From a virus (taxonomy: Duplodnaviria > Caudoviricetes), in IMG/VR virus record IMGVR_UViG_3300043409_001183, positions 1 through 33,578 of that record: DNA of 33,578 nucleotides. One strand, 5' to 3'. A program made the translations under genes and the position numbers. The notes below the pieces were generated by a model, which worked only from the letters and a program-made list of their open reading frames with translations, had not been told where the DNA came from and ran no database searches. Each line of letters starts with the position of its first letter. Positions within the stretch are counted from its first letter, which is position 1. Below, one piece after another: positions 26,109 to 33,578 of this stretch.

Positions 26109-26327
26109 ATGTGCAGATATTTTATAGTTTTTTACGACGCTCGAAACAGTAAAAACCAATCAGCAGGTAACTGCTGGGTCCAAAACGAAGAAGGGGCTTT
26201 CGTTAATAACGCTGCGACGGTTAAAAATATAGCGTTAGCAAACCCGCAATTTGCCGAAAACGATATAGTTATCACAAATATACTAGAGCTTAGCGCAAAA
26301 GACTTTAACGATTTTCTAAAACAATGA
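26109..26327 (+). CDS. Hypothetical protein
   Basis: 72 aa, ATGA-coupled to the next gene. Confidence 0.7.
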   Translation: MCRYFIVFYDARNSKNQSAGNCWVQNEEGAFVNNAATVKNIALANPQFAENDIVITNILELSAKDFNDFLKQ

Positions 26328-26788
26328 GCATCTTAAAACCAAAAGACGGGACTTACCAACTGCCAGCCGTGGCGGACCCTAGCGACGTTTTTAGATATAT
26401 CGCAGAGTTTAACGGCTTTCAGTACTTTGATACCGACCCGACGGGCGTGACTCACAACGAGATCGCGCACAATTGGTTTTTTATCAATAGGGCCGACGTA
26501 GGCACACCCGAAGCGGGCGGCGCGCGCATGAGGTTTGACGGCGTACTTTTTGTAGGCCAGCCGTCCGACATTGGCACTGAAACAAGCGCCTCAACTTCAA
26601 ACGCGGGGCAGTTCGTCGACATCGTTAAGCCGCTTTTAAACTTACAATTTGCAAACGCGCTGCGGTTTTACGCCGCTTGCGACGTTGAGATAAATATCAA
26701 TAATTTGCGACCGCTTTACAATTCAGTAAAGTACACCAAAGCGGGCAGCTGCACGGGCGTAGAAGTGGCTTATACAATTTTAATGTAA
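26324..26788 (+). CDS. Putative tail terminator/neck protein
   Basis: 154 aa, C-terminal G-V-x-V-x-Y strand; synteny. Confidence 0.45.
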   Translation: MSILKPKDGTYQLPAVADPSDVFRYIAEFNGFQYFDTDPTGVTHNEIAHNWFFINRADVGTPEAGGARMRFDGVLFVGQPSDIGTETSASTSNAGQFVDIVKPLLNLQFANALRFYAACDVEININNLRPLYNSVKYTKAGSCTGVEVAYTILM

Positions 26789-26790
26789 CA

Positions 26791-26877
26791 TAGGGCGAAC
26801 CAAGTCGGTGAGCGGGCGGAGACGCCTCGCCGTAAGTCCGTGACGATAGCGTCTCGAATGGGAGGCGGGCAACCCTT
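26791..26877 (+). ncRNA. GC-rich structured intergenic RNA element
   Basis: Multiple stems with GNRA loops in an otherwise gap-free operon. Confidence 0.45.
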
Positions 26878-26890
26878 AAGAAGTAATACT

Positions 26891-27322
26891 ATGAACTTAG
26901 AGGCATTAGTTGACGACGAACTTATACAGCCACTCAGAGGCGCAATAGTCGCCGAAGACATGGTAGCTACTCGGCAATTAATCGAGAGCATAAGCACGCA
27001 AACAACTAAGACCGAGACGATAGACGAAGTGAGAGTCTACGCCGAAGATTATATTTTGCAACTTAGAGACGGGACGCAATTCGAAAACCCTCCAAGCCTT
27101 GAAGATATTGAAACGTGGATAGAGGCGAAAGGCTTAGCAGGAACGTTAGACCCTTACGCTGTACTAGCTTCGATACTCTCAGAGGGAACAAGCTGGGATC
27201 GTCAAGGCGGATCTACTAAATTGCAAGAGGTTTTGAGCCCCGAGAACGTGCAGCGCATTATGAATATTGCAATAGAAGAGAATAAAAACGAAATACTTAA
27301 GACTTCATGGCTATTACGTTAA
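26891..27322 (+). CDS. Putative neck/tail-completion protein
   Basis: ATRQLIESI...PPS...IETWIEAKG...I..EGT pattern; start at ATG 26891. Confidence 0.55.
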   Translation: MNLEALVDDELIQPLRGAIVAEDMVATRQLIESISTQTTKTETIDEVRVYAEDYILQLRDGTQFENPPSLEDIETWIEAKGLAGTLDPYAVLASILSEGTSWDRQGGSTKLQEVLSPENVQRIMNIAIEENKNEILKTSWLLR

Positions 27323-28425
27323 TCAAACAACCTGCACAGTTTTTCAACTGCACAAGCCCCGTAATTTTTGAATTTACAACAGATTCAGAGGTCGGCAATT
27401 TTGACGACTATGTTTGCGACGTGGTTATCCGTTCAGAGTGGGCCAACAAAACGGCAGTAATAAGAAACATTTTCCCTAACACACAGACGAAAGTCTTTAC
27501 CGTTGACGCCTCAGAGTTTTTCAAGGCGTTGCAGCTGCACGGCTTCGAGTTTGACTTCAATGGCTCAAAAAACTTAGCCGTTGAAAAGTTTACGACCAGC
27601 TTAAAAATTCGAGACGGCTCGCTGCCAAGCGACGACGCGTTTCGCTTTGATAATTATATTTTCGATAATTTTGTATTTACTGACGGCATAGGAGCGATTG
27701 ACGACCTCGACGGCGTATACTTCTCGATTTTAGGCGAGCGCCTTTTATTCGACAAGATAGGCAGCCCATTAGTGGCGGACAAGTTGACGTTCCTAACGCC
27801 CGAAGTAATAGAAGTCTGTGAGGGCTTCGATAATTACGTTTCGATATTCCAAAACGAGCTAACGGGCAACAGCCTAACGGTCGGGGGCATAACTTCGGCA
27901 ATCCTGCCAGTTGACGGCGTGGCGACTTACAAGCTAACAGCGCCGCAGGTCTCAGCCGTTAAGTCTTTGATCTCGGTAACGAGCACCAACCAAAACCCCG
28001 CAAAAACATTGCAGGCGTTTAACTATCGCGATGAGGCTGACAACACCGTACAATTTAGATTTATAAACAACAAAGGCGGGTTCTCGTACTTTTACGCGCC
28101 TATTGACACCAATAACGCCGACCGATCAAAAGTAACGTTTTACGACCGTAATTTTTTCAACGAAAACGAGAACAAGTCGCCGAGCGTGCAGTCTGGTGGC
28201 GACTATAAAAACGAAATAACTTTTAAGGGCTCAAAAATTATACAATTACATGAGCTTTTCGACATGTTGCTGAGGTCGCCTAAAATCGAAATGAACTTAA
28301 AACAGATCAACGGTAATGACTTTTTTATCGAGTGTGAAGTGACGGGCACGGCGGCGAAGCAATCTCGAAACTTTGACTTTCAGATAAAAGCCAAAATTAC
28401 GAACTCGGGTAACTTTAAGCTATGA
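27307..28425 (+). CDS. Minor tail (distal-tail-like) protein
   Basis: 372 aa beta-rich; F.NNKGG and LLRSPK motifs; synteny. Confidence 0.55.
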   Translation: MAITLIKQPAQFFNCTSPVIFEFTTDSEVGNFDDYVCDVVIRSEWANKTAVIRNIFPNTQTKVFTVDASEFFKALQLHGFEFDFNGSKNLAVEKFTTSLKIRDGSLPSDDAFRFDNYIFDNFVFTDGIGAIDDLDGVYFSILGERLLFDKIGSPLVADKLTFLTPEVIEVCEGFDNYVSIFQNELTGNSLTVGGITSAILPVDGVATYKLTAPQVSAVKSLISVTSTNQNPAKTLQAFNYRDEADNTVQFRFINNKGGFSYFYAPIDTNNADRSKVTFYDRNFFNENENKSPSVQSGGDYKNEITFKGSKIIQLHELFDMLLRSPKIEMNLKQINGNDFFIECEVTGTAAKQSRNFDFQIKAKITNSGNFKL

Positions 28426-30704
28426 TCCAAACATTCATAAATAACGAGCAGTTAGACCTTGACGCCGAGAGCCTAGTCACTTTTAAAAAGTCACAGCAGC
28501 TTAACGGCATACAAGAGCAGTTCTCGTATTCAAATAACTTCACGCTAAAAAATAGCTCTAAAAATAGACGGCTTTTAGGTATTAACTACTTGCCGAACTC
28601 AAAGGCTAAAAGCATGACGGCGGGCTACTCGGTCGACGTAGTACTAAACGGCTGCATATTTTTGAAGCGTCAGACGCTCAAAGTACAAAAAGAGAATGCC
28701 GAGACAATCCCCGTATACTTGATATTTACGGATAGCCTTTTTGTGGCTAAGGCGAAAACGGTATTAATGCAACAGATTAACACCGAGGTCGACTATCCGA
28801 AGAGCCTATTTACTTTTAAATTTTTTAACACCTCGTCAAACATAGCAGCCCGAACCGCGCCAATATCTGCGCAGGACTCGAGCGGCTTTATAGTCGTAGA
28901 GGAGAGCGTTATTTTGCTAAACCTTAAAAATTTAATGCTGCAAGTCTTCACACAGATAGGCTACGCCGTTACTGGCGATATAATGACTGACGAAGACCTA
29001 CCCCCCTATTACGTTAGCTCGAATGTAGGCTGGTATGGTACGGACGGAACGCCGCAGTTCGGCGACACGCTGACCGTTTTCGAGTTTGTGACGTCTTTTT
29101 TAAAAACTTTTAACGGGTTTATAGAGGTTTCAGACTCTTCGAAAACGGTGGGGGTTTATTTCTGGAAAAACATAGAGAGCCGAAAGGCCCAGTTTGTCGA
29201 CTATTCCAGTAAGTTCGTAGGCTTCACGGAGTACGCCTTTAACGGCGGTTTAGCGAAAAAGAATACTTTGTCCTATTCTGAGAGCCCAGACTTTTTTAAC
29301 GGCTTTTTCGACAATAATAAGAGCATAGTCGAAACGTTCAACTATTTGAGTAGTGACTTCGGCGCTGGAAATTTACGCCTATTTGGCGACCAAGACCTCG
29401 AAGACGACGGCAGCCTGCCGCCTCGTACGATCGGCGAACTAACCGAGCCGCAAACCTTAAATATTTTTAGATTTGAGGACACGCTTACAAATGTACCGAT
29501 ATACTATAACGGGGCTAGAAGCTTCGAAAATATGTACAAGGCCGTTTCGCCTAACATTTTGGAAATTTGGCAGCTCTTCCACCAGCCTTATACTAAAAAT
29601 ATAGCCTTGCCGACCGTGGCGCAGTTGAGATTTAGGTATGACGCGATAATGTTGTCCGAGTTTAAAATGCAAGAAGTGTTTTTTATTAAGCAGCTGGCGA
29701 CTTACTGGCTGCCGCTGGAGCTAAATTTTACAACTAAAAAGGACGAGGTCCGCGTTAAGGCCTTAATGATCGAGAGAACGCCCGCCGACGTGCCTATCGT
29801 ATTCGATCAAAACCTCAGCGTCGACTTTTACGGCGATGTATTTATTTTAGACGTGGCCGTGCTATATGCAGCCTATAACGAGAGCCCCGCGCAAACGATC
29901 GTAATAAGATCCGCAGACCTTACGAAAAATAGTATTTTTGTCAATGGGGCGCAGGTTCTCTCGTTTCCTGCATCATTCGACGTGAGCGCAGGCTTTGAGC
30001 TTAAGGTCTCAAACATTGAAGCGGAGAACGTTAAAAGCAACTCGGATATACTTTTCGAGTTCGTATCAGCTGAGGGCGGGACAAGCCGCACGGCAAAAAT
30101 AAACGTAGCCCACAACGGCCGCGCGAACTTTTTGTCTGAGTTTAGAAGCGAGGCGGGCACGGTCTACCGTTACGCCGTAAGCGATACAAACGGGACCCGA
30201 CGCCGACTAAACTATGCGGCTAGAATTACGACGCCTTTAAACATAGCCGACACGTTTGCCCCCATGATTGGGGATCTACCTGCAAGGGGCCCCTTGCCGT
30301 CTTTCGCCACGCTACCGCCTACGGCGTTTAAAGTTTTGCAGTTCGACCGAGCCTCGAGTGTCAGCGTTGAGCTTACTATCGGACGCCTATTTTTAGATTG
30401 CTCAAATAGAGGTGGGGGCGCAGAGGCTAGAACAAAAGTGTCATACAACGTTTGGAAAAACGGCGCTTTTCTTCTAACCGTCTACTCTAACGGCGCAATC
30501 GATCGATTTAGGGATGGGGGGCGCTCAATTGAATTACTAAACGTGACGGCCTCGAAAACTTTTAGTGTAGCCGCTGGAGATAGTATCCTGATAGAGGCTT
30601 ACGCGGATCTATCCGAGGAGGACAGGGCAGGCTCGGGTACAATGGACGGCGCAATCGAGCAAACAAATGTAATTTGGAAATTCCGCGTAAGCGAACAACT
30701 TTAA
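28422..30704 (+). CDS. Tail tip/hub protein
   Basis: 760 aa; N-terminal LDL...SYSNNFTL..S.KN pattern; adjacent to the tape measure gene. Confidence 0.6.
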   Translation: MIQTFINNEQLDLDAESLVTFKKSQQLNGIQEQFSYSNNFTLKNSSKNRRLLGINYLPNSKAKSMTAGYSVDVVLNGCIFLKRQTLKVQKENAETIPVYLIFTDSLFVAKAKTVLMQQINTEVDYPKSLFTFKFFNTSSNIAARTAPISAQDSSGFIVVEESVILLNLKNLMLQVFTQIGYAVTGDIMTDEDLPPYYVSSNVGWYGTDGTPQFGDTLTVFEFVTSFLKTFNGFIEVSDSSKTVGVYFWKNIESRKAQFVDYSSKFVGFTEYAFNGGLAKKNTLSYSESPDFFNGFFDNNKSIVETFNYLSSDFGAGNLRLFGDQDLEDDGSLPPRTIGELTEPQTLNIFRFEDTLTNVPIYYNGARSFENMYKAVSPNILEIWQLFHQPYTKNIALPTVAQLRFRYDAIMLSEFKMQEVFFIKQLATYWLPLELNFTTKKDEVRVKALMIERTPADVPIVFDQNLSVDFYGDVFILDVAVLYAAYNESPAQTIVIRSADLTKNSIFVNGAQVLSFPASFDVSAGFELKVSNIEAENVKSNSDILFEFVSAEGGTSRTAKINVAHNGRANFLSEFRSEAGTVYRYAVSDTNGTRRRLNYAARITTPLNIADTFAPMIGDLPARGPLPSFATLPPTAFKVLQFDRASSVSVELTIGRLFLDCSNRGGGAEARTKVSYNVWKNGAFLLTVYSNGAIDRFRDGGRSIELLNVTASKTFSVAAGDSILIEAYADLSEEDRAGSGTMDGAIEQTNVIWKFRVSEQL

Positions 30705-30708
30705 AAAT

Positions 30709-33336
30709 ATGGAATCGAACATCATAAACATTGCAACTCTAACGATAGACCGAACCGAAGCGGCCGACTCTATCGTTAAGACTAAGCAAGAAATTTTCGA
30801 GCTGCAAAAGGCAAACGCCGAACTTCGAAAAGACATTTTAAAGAACGGCGACGCGACGGGCGAACAGACCAAGCAGTTCGTCGAAAACGAGGCCGAGCTT
30901 AAAAAGCTTACGGCGCAATATCGAACGCAGCAAAACGCAATTAACGACGTGACGCTGGCCGAGATCAAAAATAGTGCGGCGTTAACGCAAAACGCGAAGA
31001 CTATCGACCAAGCCAACGCGCAAAACAAAGAGCTGTTAAAAACGCGTAACCAGATAGACGCCTCAACAACTGAGGGCGCCGAGGCTATCACATTGCTAAA
31101 CGCCAAACTAGATCAAAACAAAGAATTTATAGTTGCTAACGGCAACGCTAGCGAAAAAGCGGCAAATATTACAGGCAACTATAGGCAAAAAATATTCGAG
31201 CTTAGTAGCTCGTTAGACAATTCAATACCAGGCTTCCAGCAAGCGCGTACAGTAGTAGCGGGCTTCGCGTCTATAGTAGGCGAGTCGGCCGACGCCGTGA
31301 CAAATTACACTAATAGCGCGATACAATCGACACGCGCGACACTAGGTTTTAAAACGGCAAGCCAGACAGCAGCTCAGACGACCGCAGTACAAACGACGGC
31401 GACCGAGGCTCAAGCCGTGGCCCAAACGCAAGTAACCGTCGCGACTGCTGGAACAACCGTAGGGATGAAGCTTTTAAAAGCGGCGATAATCTCGACGGGT
31501 ATAGGGGCACTGGTCATTCTTTTAGTCTCAGTCTTCACGGCGTTAAGCCAAAGCGAGACGGCATCGAACAAGTTTAGCAGAGCACTGGCAGGGTTCAAAG
31601 GGATTTTAAACGCCGTCTTTGCAGTATTAAAACCGCTAGGCGAGTTCTTAATCGACAAGATAGTCGCAGCGTTCGAGCTTGCGGGCGAAGTGGCCGAAAA
31701 GACTCTCGGGCTAATATCAAAAGGGCTTAATGCTATCGGCTTTACCAACGCCGCGAAGTCGGTCGACAATTTTACTAAAAGCGTTAAGGGTTCGATCCAA
31801 GCCACGCAACAGCTGGCAGACGCGGAGGCTGAGTTCAACGCCGCACAGCGACAATCGCAAAAAATACAGCTCGACTTCCAGCGTCAAGCTGAGAAGCTAA
31901 GGCAGTTAAGAGACGACGAGAGTAAGAGCATACCCGAGCGAATAAAAGCCAATAACGCGCTAGGCGCTACGCTTAAACAGCAAGCCTCCGACGAGCTACG
32001 TATCGCAAACCAAGGCGTCGCAATCGCAAACCTGCGCATAAAATTAACAGGTCGGAGCAAGGACAACCTCGACGAGCTGGCGCAAGCCGAGACGAAAGTC
32101 TCAGACATTCGGGAGCGTATAAGCGGGCAAGAGTCGGAGCAGCTAACAAACCTAAACTCACTAAGAAAAGAGGCTGCAGACAAAGCAAAAGAGCAGGCAG
32201 CCGCCGAGCGTGAGCGCAAGCTTAAAGCGCTTAACGACACCGTTATAGTTTTTGAGGGCGAACGCCGAAGCGCCGACGATCAACTGGCTTTTTATCAAAA
32301 TTACTACGCCCAACTCGACAAGCTGCAGAACGGATCCGAGAGAATAAAAAACGCGGCGGACTTTTCAGCGAAAGTTCTCGAGATCACAAATAAAACGATA
32401 GCCGACGAGCTGGCGGCCCAGACAAAGGCTATTGAGGATAAAAAGGCGTTAAGCCTGCAAGAGCGCGACGAGCTAATCGCAAACGCCGACTTTTTGAAAA
32501 AAGTAGAGACTGAGCGCGTAAAGTCGCAGCTACTTACTGAGGTCGACAAAGCAAAGGCGCTCGAGGAAATACAAAAGGGTTACCTCGCCAACGTTGCCGC
32601 CATTAACCAGACTTTCGAAGAGTCCGAAAAAATGCGCAAGCAGGAGCAAGAGGCGCTCGACGCGATAGCGTTCGAGACTAGGCTCTTAACGATCCAAGAG
32701 CAAGGCATCACCGAGAGCGAGATCCGCCGCCAAATTTTACTCGCTGAGTACGAAGAGAAACAGAGACTTGTCGCGCTGGACCTAGAAAACGAAAAGATCA
32801 CAGCGAAAGAGGCAACCGCTATCCGACTACTCGAGGAGAGGCGCTACGCCCAAGCGACAAAGGCTATCGACAAAGAAGTTGCCAAGACTAAGCGCGACGC
32901 CCAGTTCGGTATCGCTCAGCAGGCAATCGCCGCGGCTCAGTTAATTTTTGGCGAGAGCAAGGCCTTATCGGTTGCCTCAGCGCTTATAAACACGTACCAA
33001 GGTATAACGGCAGAGCTATCGACTAAGGCCGTGACGCCTTACGAAATAGGGCTAAAAGTGGCAAACGTTGCATTTGTTGCGGCTTCGGGATTTGCGGCCG
33101 TTAGAAACATACTAAAAACAGACAAGGGCTCGAGCGCTGGAGGTAGTAGCGGGGCTGGAGGAGGCACGACCTCAACGCCTGCGGCCGTATTCGAAAACCC
33201 AGCAAGGACCGCGACCGTTGCGACGGTAGACGCCGCGCCAAACCAAGAAAACCCGCAGGCCGTTCAGACGGTTCTTGTACTTGAAACGCTGGACGAGGCA
33301 AAAAACCAGCAACAAATTAAAATAAAATCGACTTAA
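30709..33336 (+). CDS. Tail tape measure protein
   Basis: 875 aa Ala/Glu/Lys coiled coil with hydrophobic STGIGALVILL segment. Confidence 0.88.
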   Translation: MESNIINIATLTIDRTEAADSIVKTKQEIFELQKANAELRKDILKNGDATGEQTKQFVENEAELKKLTAQYRTQQNAINDVTLAEIKNSAALTQNAKTIDQANAQNKELLKTRNQIDASTTEGAEAITLLNAKLDQNKEFIVANGNASEKAANITGNYRQKIFELSSSLDNSIPGFQQARTVVAGFASIVGESADAVTNYTNSAIQSTRATLGFKTASQTAAQTTAVQTTATEAQAVAQTQVTVATAGTTVGMKLLKAAIISTGIGALVILLVSVFTALSQSETASNKFSRALAGFKGILNAVFAVLKPLGEFLIDKIVAAFELAGEVAEKTLGLISKGLNAIGFTNAAKSVDNFTKSVKGSIQATQQLADAEAEFNAAQRQSQKIQLDFQRQAEKLRQLRDDESKSIPERIKANNALGATLKQQASDELRIANQGVAIANLRIKLTGRSKDNLDELAQAETKVSDIRERISGQESEQLTNLNSLRKEAADKAKEQAAAERERKLKALNDTVIVFEGERRSADDQLAFYQNYYAQLDKLQNGSERIKNAADFSAKVLEITNKTIADELAAQTKAIEDKKALSLQERDELIANADFLKKVETERVKSQLLTEVDKAKALEEIQKGYLANVAAINQTFEESEKMRKQEQEALDAIAFETRLLTIQEQGITESEIRRQILLAEYEEKQRLVALDLENEKITAKEATAIRLLEERRYAQATKAIDKEVAKTKRDAQFGIAQQAIAAAQLIFGESKALSVASALINTYQGITAELSTKAVTPYEIGLKVANVAFVAASGFAAVRNILKTDKGSSAGGSSGAGGGTTSTPAAVFENPARTATVATVDAAPNQENPQAVQTVLVLETLDEAKNQQQIKIKST

Positions 33337-33350
33337 TTAAAATTAATTAC

Positions 33351-33578
33351 TATCTTTACAGCCTTGAAAGCACATTTTTTTTTGTTAGTTTAAAAAAGTT
33401 TTTAATTTTTGATTGAAAGGAGGGAGGGCCCGCGTTGATTCGACGGACCCTTTTTTTCTTTTAAAAAACTTGCGTATTAAATAAAAAGGCTTATATTTGC
33501 CTTTAATTATTCTATCTTTTCAACTGTATGAAGCTATGCAGGACAACATCTTACAACTCGAAGACCTAATTTAAAAGC
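33351..33578 (+). repeat. Terminal direct repeat, right copy
   Basis: Matches 1..227 with one extra T. Confidence 0.95.

Noticed and set aside
33351-33578. Terminal repeat as a biological direct terminal repeat
   Set aside because: It cannot be distinguished from assembly overlap. The copies differ by a homopolymer indel, and the terminase resembles headful-type enzymes. Read-end mapping is needed.

Overview
The window is an apparently complete, circularly closing genome (~33.35 kb unit; 1..227 is repeated at 33351..33578) of a tailed siphovirus-like phage. All credible genes are on the + strand. Bacteroidota-type TAnnTTTG promoters, A-rich start regions without Shine-Dalgarno sequences and a Sec signal peptide ending A|Q point to a Flavobacterium-like host (inference). 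Modules: head/portal/fibre/lysis (276-9204); XRE regulator plus replication cluster (DUF2800 nuclease, SSB, Pol A, pentapeptide-repeat protein, primase-VapE helicase, VRR-NUC, C5-methyltransferase, SNF2 helicase; 9576-20975); small accessory ORFs (21177-22956); terminase/neck/tail/tape measure (23392-33336). I recognise no integrase. The most notable signals are non-coding. (1) A 468-bp integron-cassette-like unit (attC-like hairpin plus one ORF) has inserted precisely at an AAC inside a small gene whose empty site is itself a hairpin. (2) A terminator-bounded U-rich small RNA is complementary to the start-codon regions of several replication genes, including Pol and SSB. (3) Two tRNA mimics with defective anticodon arms lie just upstream of Pol. 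(4) Two homologous origin-like iteron elements lie exactly 13.8 kb apart. (5) Tandem palindromic operators sit on three early promoters. All product calls come from motif recognition and synteny only; no database search was run.
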